A stretch of DNA of 64,000 bases from an uncultured bacterium. Its GTDB lineage: Bacteria; Chlamydiota; Chlamydiia; Chlamydiales; CAYWQB01. Of this stretch, positions 1 through 9,595 are shown piece by piece. A model generated the notes under the pieces. It made no database searches. It saw nothing but the letters and a program-made list of their open reading frames with translations, and was not told the origin of the DNA. How positions within the stretch are numbered: the stretch's first letter is position 1; every line of letters begins with the position of its first letter. The position numbers were made by a program, and so were the translations under genes. The DNA lies in the NCBI GenBank assembly GCA_964460785.1, contig CAYWQB010000004.1, positions 169,817 to 233,816 on the forward strand, written 5' to 3'.

Positions 1-93
1 TAGGGGGAATACAGGGGCGAGTTTCTAGACGTCCCCCACCATTCCGGATCCTTGAGCTTTTTGTCAAGGGGCCGCAGCTTGTCCAAAAGGGGG

Positions 94-1509
94 TTAAATT
101 TCGTGCTTTACAATCTTTTTAGCTAGCCCTTGAAAGAGAATACAGTGAATGGGAACTAGAGCAAACCAATAGGCTCTTCCTAATAGTCCCTTAGGACGGA
201 AAGTGGCTGTTTGGATAAGGTAACCATCATGAATGTGCCACTCCAACCAAGCTTCGCCAGGTAGCTTCATTTCTGCATAAAGCAATAAGTGGTGCTCGTT
301 TTTATCTACTAGAATCACACGCCAGAAATCTAAGGCATCTCCTGGCTTTAAGTCTGTTGCAGAACGTCTACCTCTCCGTAGCCCCACACCACCTATGAGC
401 CGGTCAAGAAACCCTCGGATAACCCAAAGCTTGTTTAGATAATACCAGCCATTGTTTCCTCCTATGCATAAAACTTTCTCAAAGCACTTGCTTGGGTCGC
501 CATGCAAGGGAAGCTTGCGTCGATCTCGGTAACACCCTTGTTTGGGAACGTGCTCAAGATGGTTCCATGCATAGGGGAGAGATCCCCACTCATCCATCCA
601 GCTTGAATCAAGAGCGCCTGATTCTAGTACATCAAAGGATGCTTTGACTGCTTGCTTATAGCTTTTGAGCTTTCTAGGAAAAAGAGAACGGATACGATGA
701 TCTTGACAAATAGAGGGGGTTTTTAAGCTCTCTACTAAAGAGGAAGCAAGGGAGTAAGGGACGCGACTAATAAAGTAAATCCAATAAGAAGAGAGTTTAG
801 GTGTGAGAACAGGAACAGAGAGAATATAGCGCGTTAAATGGCGTACCTCAGAAAACTGAAGCATCAGCTCTTTGAAAGTTAAGCAGTCTTCCGACCCTAT
901 ATCATACGATTGATTGAAGCACCTTGAGTCTCCTAAAACAGAGGTCAGGTAAAACAGAGCATCTCGTATGCCGATCGGCTGGGTTCGGTTGTGTATCCAC
1001 TTAGGAGCAACCATGATGGGAAGCTTTTCCACTAAATCTCGGATCATTTCAAAAGAGGCAGACCCTGCACCAACAATAATTCCAGCTCGTAAAGTGGTGG
1101 CTGGAATGGAAGATCTTTGTAAAAGGTTTTCCACGCGGTGTCTAGAGCGGAGGTGGGGAGAAAGGCTTTCATCTTTAGGGATCAACCCTGTTAAGTAGAT
1201 CACCTGCTTGGCTTGTGTGTTTTTTAGTTTGCTAAGAAATGTTAAGCAGCACTGCTCTTCAAGGGACTCAAATGTTTGCTTAGAGTCTGTCATCGAGTGA
1301 ACTAAATAGTAAGCTGCATCGATTTCTTTAGGAAACTCTATGGTTGCAGGCTGGAGCAGGTCTCCCTGAAGGATTGTGATATGGGGATGTTTGGGAAGCG
1401 CTGTCTTAGGGTTTCTACATAGAGCATAGATAAAGTGCCCCTTTTCAATTAGTTGAGCGATAAGCTTTTTGCCAATATAGCCACTCGCTCCAGTGACGAG
1501 TATCTTCAT
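94..1509 (-). CDS. Atypical SDR / NAD(P)-binding oxidoreductase with C-terminal DUF2867-like domain (YbjT-like)
   Basis: MKILVTGASGYIG Rossmann motif, YYLVHSM, S-H-L-x-S-R, and C-terminal GDALDFWRV / AEMKLPGEAWLEW. Start moved from the ORF-track 1572 to the ATG at 1509, where the Rossmann motif begins. Confidence 0.88.
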   Translation of the reverse strand: MKILVTGASGYIGKKLIAQLIEKGHFIYALCRNPKTALPKHPHITILQGDLLQPATIEFPKEIDAAYYLVHSMTDSKQTFESLEEQCCLTFLSKLKNTQAKQVIYLTGLIPKDESLSPHLRSRHRVENLLQRSSIPATTLRAGIIVGAGSASFEMIRDLVEKLPIMVAPKWIHNRTQPIGIRDALFYLTSVLGDSRCFNQSYDIGSEDCLTFKELMLQFSEVRHLTRYILSVPVLTPKLSSYWIYFISRVPYSLASSLVESLKTPSICQDHRIRSLFPRKLKSYKQAVKASFDVLESGALDSSWMDEWGSLPYAWNHLEHVPKQGCYRDRRKLPLHGDPSKCFEKVLCIGGNNGWYYLNKLWVIRGFLDRLIGGVGLRRGRRSATDLKPGDALDFWRVILVDKNEHHLLLYAEMKLPGEAWLEWHIHDGYLIQTATFRPKGLLGRAYWFALVPIHCILFQGLAKKIVKHEI

Positions 1510-1589
1510 CCTATACACCCTTTCTTGCTTTCCTCTATTGGTAGGGAGCTTAGAGATTAATTGCCAAATCAATCTTCTGGATGGGGTTT

Positions 1590-1627
1590 ATATATCGATA
1601 AACGATATATTTATGTTGTTTATCGAT
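1590..1627. promoter_or_regulatory. Putative operator pair for the adjacent Cro/C1 HTH regulator
   Basis: Palindrome ATATATCG-ATAAA-CGATATAT (1590-1610). A second, inverted copy lies at 1612-1627 (reverse complement ATCGATAAACAACATA versus ATCGATAAACGATATA). Both are upstream of the DUF2975-HTH operon. Confidence 0.6.
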
Positions 1628-1678
1628 TGGTTTTTGTGCTAGCCTTTCATTTTTACTCGCTCACAAATAGGAGAAAAA

Positions 1679-2242
1679 ATGGAACAGACAAAAAAGCTAA
1701 GCAAAATTTTAATTTTTATTTTCAATGCTCTGCTCGTTATGACCCCTCTTTTAGTCATTTTGCAGTGGACCTTAGGTGCCGATTCAATCCATAGCTTGTC
1801 TATAACAGGCCTTTTTCAAGAGACTGTAGAGACCCCTGAAGGGATAGCAAAACTCTCTCGTCCAGGAGCATTACCTATTGCGACATGGATCGGGGTTCTA
1901 GGAAGCCTTTGTAATCGGCTAGCATTTTTTATTGGTTTGCTTGTTTTGCGTACGCTGTTTAAACGCTATAAGAAAGGCGAAATCTTCTCGCGCGCTAATG
2001 CGAAGTCGTACCGCAAGCTCTCTTGGCTATTTTTCCTCAATGGACTTCTCACACAGCCCCTTGCTCAAATGCTCTTTGTTCTGTCGGCCACAATTAGCAA
2101 CGAGCCGGGGCACCGCTATCTACAGTTGACAGTTGGTACACCCCTTTTTGCAGATATATTTTGTGGCCTGGTTTTACTTGCAATCTCTTTGATTATGCAG
2201 GAAGGAACACGTTTATCAGATGAACACTCTTTAACAGTATAG
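1679..2242 (+). CDS. DUF2975-family membrane protein
   Basis: Four hydrophobic segments, LF..Y.KGEIFS..N motif and C-terminal EG..L..E..LTV. AGGAG Shine-Dalgarno. Followed by an HTH gene, as is typical for the family. Confidence 0.88.
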   Translation: MEQTKKLSKILIFIFNALLVMTPLLVILQWTLGADSIHSLSITGLFQETVETPEGIAKLSRPGALPIATWIGVLGSLCNRLAFFIGLLVLRTLFKRYKKGEIFSRANAKSYRKLSWLFFLNGLLTQPLAQMLFVLSATISNEPGHRYLQLTVGTPLFADIFCGLVLLAISLIMQEGTRLSDEHSLTV

Positions 2243-2249
2243 GTGTCTC

Positions 2250-2465
2250 ATGCCAATTGTTTTACAACTTGATGTCATGCTAGCAAAGAGAAAGATGAAG
2301 CTGCAAGAGCTTGCAGAGCAGGTTGGGATCTCTCAGCCTAACCTTTCTATTCTCAAAACAGGCAAAGCAAAAGCGGTTCGGTTCTCTACTCTTGAGAAGA
2401 TATGTCGTGCTCTGAATTGCCAGCCTGGAGATCTACTAATTTTTGCTGAGGATGGGGAGATATAG
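2250..2465 (+). CDS. Cro/C1-type HTH transcriptional regulator (YozG-like)
   Basis: LDVMLAKRKM..ELAE.VGIS..NLSILKTGKAKAVRFSTLEKIC.AL.CQPGDLL. Confidence 0.93.
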   Translation: MPIVLQLDVMLAKRKMKLQELAEQVGISQPNLSILKTGKAKAVRFSTLEKICRALNCQPGDLLIFAEDGEI

Positions 2466-2499
2466 AAGATTCTGAAGAGAGCTTACTTTTTTAGATCAG

Positions 2500-2523
2500 G
2501 CACCTCTACCAAGCAAGAGGTGC
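2500..2523. terminator. Putative bidirectional terminator hairpin
   Basis: GCACCTCT-N8-AGAGGTGC between convergent genes. Confidence 0.5.
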
Positions 2524-2536
2524 TCAATAATGACTC

Positions 2537-2854
2537 TTAGAGGAGCCAGGAGGCAGTGGTAAAAGCTATTACTCCAGCAATAATACTCACAATCGCTTGC
2601 CTTTTCCATAGGTGGATAAGAAGGGTAACACCCACCCCAATAAGAGGAGCTAGGATTTGTGGGTGTTTGCCAAACATCTTTCCCGCAAGCTCATGAAAAA
2701 GCAGTAAGGTTAAAATCATACAAGGGAGGTAGAGAGAAATCCTCTGCATCCATGCTTGCTTTTTGAGCCAGTTCCCAATAAGCAATGGACCCACGCGAGT
2801 CACAAATGAAATAATAAAAAGAGCAAAAAGGTAGACAATTGCTTGTTTATCCAC
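2537..2854 (-). CDS. azlD: AzlD-family branched-chain amino acid exporter, small subunit
   Basis: TR..P.L, YLP..IL..L and LHLWKR..I.SI.AG motifs. GTG start at 2854 with AGGAGGTG Shine-Dalgarno, overlapping the end of azlC. Confidence 0.8.
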   Translation of the reverse strand: MDKQAIVYLFALFIISFVTRVGPLLIGNWLKKQAWMQRISLYLPCMILTLLLFHELAGKMFGKHPQILAPLIGVGVTLLIHLWKRQAIVSIIAGVIAFTTASWLL

Positions 2855-3530
2855 AGCATGCACCTCCTTTTCGGCTATAAAGAGCTGCAAGAGTACACAA
2901 TACAAGAGCAGGTAATAGCCAACTTGAACCAAAGAATGCTACAGCAATAGCAGAGGCGATAGCCGTGATGAGTAGAGGTTGTAAGCTACACACTTTTTGG
3001 TACTGCTCTAAAGCTAGGACGGTAATTAGAGCTGTCAGTGAAAAGTCTAAGCTGGAAAGCCCGTCGGGAAGAAGCTCTCCCATGCCAGCACCAACAGCGG
3101 TACCAAGAATCCAGTACAAGTGGACTAGGATTGCAAGAGGGAGATAGTACCACGGGTTTTTAAATAAGTGGTCGTCTTTTGAAATCAAAATTGCATAGGT
3201 TGCATCGACCATCATAAAGCTTAAGACAACACGTAAAAATCGCTGCTTGGGCAAGCGATCAAGAGTGGATACAGTATAGAATGTATTGCGGAGAGCTATG
3301 GGAAGGACAGTTAAAATAGCCCCAAGAAGGGGCTCTCCAGCAGTGATAAAAGATAAAGCTAAAAATTGGACAGCTCCAGCAAAGACAAAACAGCTGTAAA
3401 TGACGCCTAAAAGAGGAGAAAGGCCAGCTTGCTCCCAAAGTAGGCCCCAGACAAGGCCTAATGGAAAGTAGGCAAAAAAAACAGGGAGGGAGTCCCTGAC
3501 TGCTTGGTAGTGAACGGGCTTAGTCTGCAT
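2847..3530 (-). CDS. azlC: AzlC-family branched-chain amino acid exporter permease
   Basis: SLPV..AY.PLG..WG, VFAGAVQF, RNTFY, D.TYA, YWILGT..G, LDFSLTAL. Confidence 0.9.
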   Translation of the reverse strand: MQTKPVHYQAVRDSLPVFFAYFPLGLVWGLLWEQAGLSPLLGVIYSCFVFAGAVQFLALSFITAGEPLLGAILTVLPIALRNTFYTVSTLDRLPKQRFLRVVLSFMMVDATYAILISKDDHLFKNPWYYLPLAILVHLYWILGTAVGAGMGELLPDGLSSLDFSLTALITVLALEQYQKVCSLQPLLITAIASAIAVAFFGSSWLLPALVLCTLAALYSRKGGACCG

Positions 3531-3645
3531 TAAATTTTTGAGGGGTGAGAGGTTTTACCTATTTTATCGGATAGAAGGGGATTTTGTCATTTTGATGTTT
3601 TATTTAAATAAATATTATATAGATGGAGCGAATAAGGGAGGGAGT

Positions 3646-4974
3646 ATGAAAAACTTCTACGTACAGTTTATCGTTTTTCTGGCAGCTCTTGGAGGGCTGT
3701 TATTTGGGTATGACACAGGAGCAATCTCTGGCGCTTTGATCTATATCAAGCAGGAAATGAGCCTCTCAGTCCTAGAGCAAGAGTTGGTGGTAGCCCTGCT
3801 TCCTCTTGGAGCAGTCATCGGAGCCCTATTCGCAGGGTATTGCACAGACCGCTTTGGTCGTAGGAAAATTATCCTTGTGGCTTCTCTAATCTTTATCTTA
3901 GCTGCTCTTTTTATGAGTCTAGCCCCCACAGTTCTGTTTCTCCTTATTGGCCGCTCTCTTGCCGGGCTTGCTATCGGAGTGAGCTCTATGACAGTCCCTC
4001 TTTATCTTTCCGAGCTTTCTCCTCCAAAAAAGCGAGGGTTTTGTGTTTCTACAAACCAGCTGATGGTGACAGTAGGGATCCTAGCTGGCTTTCTGGTCGA
4101 CTATATTTTTGGCCAGCACCAAGATTGGAGAATAATGCTAGGACTCTCTGCAGTGCCAGCGATTATCCTGTTCGTCTCTATGCTTTTTTTGCCAGAAACT
4201 CCTCGGTGGTTGGCGGGCAATGGATATGATGAACGAGCCAATGGTGTGCTACGAAAGTTGGGGATGAGCGCAGAAAAGGCTCGTGCTGTAGTTACACAGA
4301 TTCACCAAGCAGCTAAATTTGAAAGAGGGTCTTATCGAGAGTGCTTTGCTAAAGGAGTAAGAAAGCCTCTCATCGCAGGGATCTTACTTGCCATTTTTCA
4401 GCAAATTGTTGGTATCAATACGGTGATTTATTATGCGCCTTCCATTTTGACATTTGTAGGAGAGAAAGATACCGCCGCTTTGTTAGCTACTTTAGGAGTA
4501 GGAGGGGTGAATACCCTTGTTACGATTCTTGCTCTTTTCCTTCTTGACCGGGTTGGGCGTCGCGTTTTGCTTATCACAGGGACAGTCTTGCTTGTTGTCG
4601 CCTTATTTATGATGGGGGTTGGGCACTTTTATGCAGCAGAGGGGAATTGGGTAGGAATGCTCTACACCATTAGCCTTTTCTTATATATTGCAGGGTTCGC
4701 GATCGGCCTTGGGTGTGTGGCCTGGCTCTTCATTGCAGAGGTTTACCCCTTAAAAATTCGAGGGAAAGCAATGAGTTTAGCGACCATCGCCAACTGGGGG
4801 AGCAATTTTATTGTGTCACTGACCTTCCTGAGTCTCCTGGATCATCTAGGACCAGGGTTCACTTTTTCTCTCTATGGAGTGATTGGGGTTATTGCCGTGA
4901 TCTATTTCTCAGCCTTTATACCAGAGACAAAAGGGAAAACTCTTGAAGAGATCAGTTCATACTGGTCTCATTAA
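3646..4974 (+). CDS. Sugar porter family MFS transporter
   Basis: GGLLFGYDTGAISGA, DRFGRR, PLYLSE.SP, PETPRWL, QQIVGIN, DRVGRR, PETKGKTLEEI. ATG at 3646 follows AAGGGAGGGAG. Confidence 0.95.
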   Translation: MKNFYVQFIVFLAALGGLLFGYDTGAISGALIYIKQEMSLSVLEQELVVALLPLGAVIGALFAGYCTDRFGRRKIILVASLIFILAALFMSLAPTVLFLLIGRSLAGLAIGVSSMTVPLYLSELSPPKKRGFCVSTNQLMVTVGILAGFLVDYIFGQHQDWRIMLGLSAVPAIILFVSMLFLPETPRWLAGNGYDERANGVLRKLGMSAEKARAVVTQIHQAAKFERGSYRECFAKGVRKPLIAGILLAIFQQIVGINTVIYYAPSILTFVGEKDTAALLATLGVGGVNTLVTILALFLLDRVGRRVLLITGTVLLVVALFMMGVGHFYAAEGNWVGMLYTISLFLYIAGFAIGLGCVAWLFIAEVYPLKIRGKAMSLATIANWGSNFIVSLTFLSLLDHLGPGFTFSLYGVIGVIAVIYFSAFIPETKGKTLEEISSYWSH

Positions 4975-4990
4975 GCAACCTAAGTTTGAT

Positions 4991-5022
4991 GCTAGCCTTG
5001 CTTTTTTACAAGCAAGGCTAGC
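4991..5022 (+). terminator. Putative terminator hairpin after the sugar porter
   Basis: 13-bp stem GCTAGCCTTGCTT / AAGCAAGGCTAGC. Confidence 0.6.
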
Positions 5023-5058
5023 TGAAGAGTATGATACTTTGTATTTGACGTTAAGTTA

Positions 5059-5087
5059 TTGATTTTTTGAAGTTTTGTTAATATAAT
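5059..5087 (+). promoter_or_regulatory. Sigma70/sigma66-type promoter
   Basis: TTGATT-N17-TATAAT, 32 nt upstream of the ATG at 5120. Confidence 0.6.
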
Positions 5088-5119
5088 TTCTCTTTTTTTA
5101 TAACAAAATTTCAAAAACT

Positions 5120-7258
5120 ATGTCCCTTCCTATTACCACTAGGCCCCCTCGTACTGGCTGTATTGCAAGAACAGGCGAAGTTCCAACGACAGAAGCTGAA
5201 AGAAGAACCCTTTATGATACAGCGTCTCGCAAAATAGCTAAAAAGTTTTTTTTGCGAAGCCTGGCTATTCAAAAAGCAAAGGATGAAATGCCAGATGCAA
5301 CCTGGATAGAGCGAAAAGATCGTATTGATCACCTACATGCTGAAAGGGTTCATCGGAGTGTGATTCGGAATACTTCTGTGATTGAGGTGCATCCTGAACA
5401 AGAATTTATAGAGACTGCACAAGGCCTCGTCATGAGCGCTCCTGGGGCACAAGAGGTGCACTTATCTCTTATTAGAGAAGTCGGATTTACAAGCGACTTA
5501 GCCTGTTTTACCAACTACTTGCCCTTTGTTACAAAGCTTCAACAACAAGTCGTTTCTGCAGCTTCTCCAGATTGGGAATCTTTTTTTCGTATGCAAACAC
5601 TTGTCTGTGCTACAGAACCTATTTTTGGACATAAAAAAGTCCTAGAAGAGGACAGTTTAAGACAAAAAATCCAAGATATACAAGGAACCATTGCTCAAGT
5701 GATCAGTTCATGCAGTAGCGGAGAGTGCCCAGCTTTAGCTGGTGCAGAGGCTCCTCTTACTTCCTTTCTATGGGCAGTTTCTAATCCAGATACTCGTGCA
5801 GTGCTAGGGCAACCATGTGGGACAAGAACAGAACTTCGATTTTTTCATGAAAATGGAGAGCCGACAACAGATAGCCAACTGATCAATGCTTTGGCAGATG
5901 GTCTACTCGGTTCAATGCTGACAATGGTTGAAGTACGAGAGAATGGGCTAGCCAATTTCTCTGAGCGCCTCGCCTCTTTTGCTAGGGAATCAAAAGCGAA
6001 GCCTTTCTATACAGAAACGTTTAAGCAATCTTTAGAAAAAGCATTATCTTCACTTACGGATTATCAAGAACAACTCAGAGTTTCCTTTAGAAACCTAGAA
6101 GTAGCTACAGATAAAGCAAAGAGATTTTGGCAGGATAACTTTGCATGTCTCCAACAAAACCCAAGACTTGCAGAGGAAGCTTTATCAGCTTGGGTACAGC
6201 TTGAAAAGGCTCAAGCAGCTCTTTTCGCCAGCTACAGAGACAATATTGTTGAGTTACAGGGAGACATTCTCCCTTTTGCAGATCAACTTGCGATAGCCCT
6301 TGCTGTTTGTGAAAAAAAAGCAGCTCGTCAGCTAGAGGAGCTAGAAGAGCTAGAATGGCAACATGAAGCTTGTGCGGATGCTGAAGAGCAAAAGGTTTTA
6401 AAGAAGAGGATAGAAGACCTTAGACATGCACCCAGTACACTTGAGCCTTTAGAGCCCCTTTTTGATGAGGCTGTTAAATTCATCCAAAACTTGCATACAG
6501 GAGCATTGACTACTTACTCATTTGAAAGCTGCTTTCACAATCACTTTTTAGATGTTGGAGCACTTGCTAAACCATTTTTTATTCGTGGCGTGCAGGCGTT
6601 TCATGATGCTGAAAACAAGCGCGTAGAGGCTAGACAACAGGCCCTGCTAGAAGAGCTTGCCTACGAAGATGAAACTGCGGATAGAAAAAAGCAAGCTAAA
6701 GCAGACAAAAAGAGAAGAGCTAAAGCTGCAAAAAGACAAAAGAGGCTTGCTGGTCTTTACCTGGAAAACTTAACGAAATATCAAGAATGCCAAAATAAAA
6801 TAGAAGAGCACAGACAGAGAGCTTCAACTCCAGTTACAACAGGTTTCGAAGCTCTTAGCACAATGTCGGACAAAGACTTTGATAAATACCTGACCTCATT
6901 TCAACTGTCGGAAAGTGGGCCTCAATCAGAGGTTGATGATCTTAGTGATGCTATGAGTGCCATGACTCTAACGAGTCCTTCTGAAGGCGAAATAAATTAT
7001 ACAAAGGAGCTTTCTGCTTTGGCTGCAGAGATTGAGTCTCACATTCCACAATCGAAAGAACCTCCGGAAGATATACAGAGTCTTGCAACGATGTTTTTGA
7101 GTGGAGGGGATACAGATGCTAACAAAAACTTTTTGGAGACCTCTTGGCACAAAGCAAAAGGACAAAAGAAAGGTTACAAGCTTAATGTGCAATATGTAGA
7201 TGCTTTTCGACTGGCTTGGCTTCGTCGCTTAGCTCCTAGTAGAAAAGCTGCAGAGTAG
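5120..7258 (+). CDS. Hypothetical helical/coiled-coil protein, candidate secreted effector (paralogue A1)
   Basis: 712-aa ORF sharing DxACxxxxxP, QPCGTxxEL and AFRxAWL with the next ORF, plus a Lys/Arg-rich segment. Confidence 0.75.
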   Translation: MSLPITTRPPRTGCIARTGEVPTTEAERRTLYDTASRKIAKKFFLRSLAIQKAKDEMPDATWIERKDRIDHLHAERVHRSVIRNTSVIEVHPEQEFIETAQGLVMSAPGAQEVHLSLIREVGFTSDLACFTNYLPFVTKLQQQVVSAASPDWESFFRMQTLVCATEPIFGHKKVLEEDSLRQKIQDIQGTIAQVISSCSSGECPALAGAEAPLTSFLWAVSNPDTRAVLGQPCGTRTELRFFHENGEPTTDSQLINALADGLLGSMLTMVEVRENGLANFSERLASFARESKAKPFYTETFKQSLEKALSSLTDYQEQLRVSFRNLEVATDKAKRFWQDNFACLQQNPRLAEEALSAWVQLEKAQAALFASYRDNIVELQGDILPFADQLAIALAVCEKKAARQLEELEELEWQHEACADAEEQKVLKKRIEDLRHAPSTLEPLEPLFDEAVKFIQNLHTGALTTYSFESCFHNHFLDVGALAKPFFIRGVQAFHDAENKRVEARQQALLEELAYEDETADRKKQAKADKKRRAKAAKRQKRLAGLYLENLTKYQECQNKIEEHRQRASTPVTTGFEALSTMSDKDFDKYLTSFQLSESGPQSEVDDLSDAMSAMTLTSPSEGEINYTKELSALAAEIESHIPQSKEPPEDIQSLATMFLSGGDTDANKNFLETSWHKAKGQKKGYKLNVQYVDAFRLAWLRRLAPSRKAAE

Positions 7259-7300
7259 ATCTTTGGCGGTAATTTAAAATTTTGAAATCGAGTTATTATT

Positions 7301-9493
7301 ATGAAATCTGCTGCAATTGGGCAACCTAGACATCTTCAAGGTACACTGCAAACCTCTAGAGAGGAGAAAAGCCATTCAAGCCCAGCTAAGAAGCAGGCCC
7401 TAGGATTGTTAGAGAAACTATGGACTATGGGCTCTTGTTCGCAAAAAGAGTCTTTGCAAGGAGATCGTGTTACTCTAGTTTCTATTCCTAAGGGGACTGG
7501 TAGCTTGCTTTCAGTCATCGATACCCCCGATGAGAGTGCTTTAAAATATGCAGATGAGGTTTTGGCAACCCTTCCTAAAAAGACAAAGGAGCATCTTAGA
7601 GAGCTCAGTCAATTGAGTGGCTCTTGTGATTTTGCCTGTCTTCCAAAATTCTATCCTCCAGTCATAGGGTTAGTGAAGAAAGTTGGGGGGTCTTCTGGGA
7701 AAGTTGGGACGGTTAAACAGATCCTGCCTGTTGTTTATCAATTAGATGACCTTCTCTTTAAAGAAGACCTTTCTAAGAAGGAGAAGAAAGAGAAAGTAAA
7801 TCATGTAAAGGGAGCTATTGGTACAGTTCTAAAAGCCTGTAAGAAAGATCCTGACCTAAGTACGGTAGAGCCAGAGTTAAGGTCCTTATTATGCTTGGTG
7901 TCTTCTCCTGAAGGTTTAGATAAGTTACGGCAGCCTTGTGGCACTAAGCAAGAGCTTTCTCCTTGCCTTCCAGCAGGATCCAATGATTATGAATTCATTT
8001 CTAACCTAGCTTATAGCTGGGGAGATACTGCTCAGTCCTTATATACTCTACGTAATCCAGCTTTAGGCACATTTATTCTAGAGCTTGAAGATGTCATTTA
8101 TGATGGGGGACAAGAGGAGTCTTTACTTGCCTCTATGGTAGAGATAACCAATCGTGTTGAAACATCTATAGAGAACCATAGAGAGGAGCTCAAAAAGGTT
8201 CATCGGGAACTTGTTATTTTAACAAACCAAGCTTTGGACCTTTGGAAAAGCTATTTTGAGTTGTCATTTGACGACCCCGAGAAAATGGCAAATGATCTAA
8301 CCACCAATTGGGAAAGTCTTGAACAGGCACAAGAGGCATTTACTTATGAGTTTGGGAAAAAAGGTAAGGACCTGAGCATTATAGTAAGAGCATATTGTCA
8401 AACTCTTGATGCGAAGCTCTCTTTCTTAGAGTCCTATTATGATGAGGAAAAAAAGAAGTTAGAGGAAAAGCAGCAACAGTTAAGGGAGACAAAAGAAGCT
8501 GATAGCGAAGAGCTCAAAAAGCTAAAAAGAGAGAGAGATCTTTATCAACGTGTTGTAGATGAGTATTCGGAAGTGATTCTTACTTTATCAAGTGCTCAGA
8601 AAGAAGGGTCAGCTCTACTAAGAAATCTTAGTGAAGGCTTGCTATATGTCCCTACTCTAACTCGCTTATTTTTTGATAAATTTCGACTTGTAGGGAAGTT
8701 ATTTAAACCCATTTTTCAGCAAGCGAAAGTAAGACGAGAAGATGTATTAGATAAAACAAGAGCAGTTGCAGAGGAACTGTTAAAAGAGGAAGAAGAAGCT
8801 AAAGCATCTAAGGCATCTAGAGCTACAAAAGCTAAATCTAAAAAAGCTAAGCGGTCAAGAAATAGAGCAGCTAAAAAAGCAGAAGCAAGAGCTGCTAAAG
8901 AGGTAGAGGAAAAAAAGGTTCAGGAACTCTATACAGACTATGAAACCACTCTTGAAAGCTACCAAGAAAAGCAGAAACAGATAAGAGCTCTAATGAGAGC
9001 ATCACAACCTCAGGATGCACCTCTTGTAAAAAAAATGAAAAATCTTAGTCTAAGCAGTTCAACACCAGCAGAGCCAGATTCAACACCAGCAACACCAGGT
9101 AGTACAAAAGAACTAATCTCCAAAAAAGCAGATGCAATTAAAGCTCTTACTTCACCTATAGCAAGAGCTCCAGAGGATGTCATAGGACTAGGTAATCTTT
9201 TAGCTGAGAGCCTCAAAGTACAACAGGGAGTAGGCCAAGTAAAAGCTGACTGGTTTACTCAGAAAACAGAGCAAATTGATAAAACAGACCAAGAGTTTGT
9301 TTATGAGCCATATACTCGCAAGCCTGAAGTTAAACTGGAAGCTGCAGAGGAGTGGGTTGCTTCTCAAGCACAGTGGGCTTGTGATGACAGTATTTCAGAG
9401 CCTTTAAGAAATCTCCTTATTGAAGAGGCAGCCTTTCGCTTTGCATGGCTTAAAACTTGGACAGAAGAGGGCTCCGAACACACTGGCAAGTAA
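7301..9493 (+). CDS. Hypothetical helical/coiled-coil protein, candidate secreted effector (paralogue A2)
   Basis: 730-aa ORF with the same shared motifs and a KAKSKKAKRSRNRAAKK basic tract. Confidence 0.75.
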   Translation: MKSAAIGQPRHLQGTLQTSREEKSHSSPAKKQALGLLEKLWTMGSCSQKESLQGDRVTLVSIPKGTGSLLSVIDTPDESALKYADEVLATLPKKTKEHLRELSQLSGSCDFACLPKFYPPVIGLVKKVGGSSGKVGTVKQILPVVYQLDDLLFKEDLSKKEKKEKVNHVKGAIGTVLKACKKDPDLSTVEPELRSLLCLVSSPEGLDKLRQPCGTKQELSPCLPAGSNDYEFISNLAYSWGDTAQSLYTLRNPALGTFILELEDVIYDGGQEESLLASMVEITNRVETSIENHREELKKVHRELVILTNQALDLWKSYFELSFDDPEKMANDLTTNWESLEQAQEAFTYEFGKKGKDLSIIVRAYCQTLDAKLSFLESYYDEEKKKLEEKQQQLRETKEADSEELKKLKRERDLYQRVVDEYSEVILTLSSAQKEGSALLRNLSEGLLYVPTLTRLFFDKFRLVGKLFKPIFQQAKVRREDVLDKTRAVAEELLKEEEEAKASKASRATKAKSKKAKRSRNRAAKKAEARAAKEVEEKKVQELYTDYETTLESYQEKQKQIRALMRASQPQDAPLVKKMKNLSLSSSTPAEPDSTPATPGSTKELISKKADAIKALTSPIARAPEDVIGLGNLLAESLKVQQGVGQVKADWFTQKTEQIDKTDQEFVYEPYTRKPEVKLEAAEEWVASQAQWACDDSISEPLRNLLIEEAAFRFAWLKTWTEEGSEHTGK

Positions 9494-9595
9494 ATTTATA
9501 ACTTGCTTACTGTAAGTGGTTAATAATTTTTTTCTATTGATGAGATAGTTTTACCTACATATAACCTCCACAAATTTTTCCCTGTGAGGTTATGA

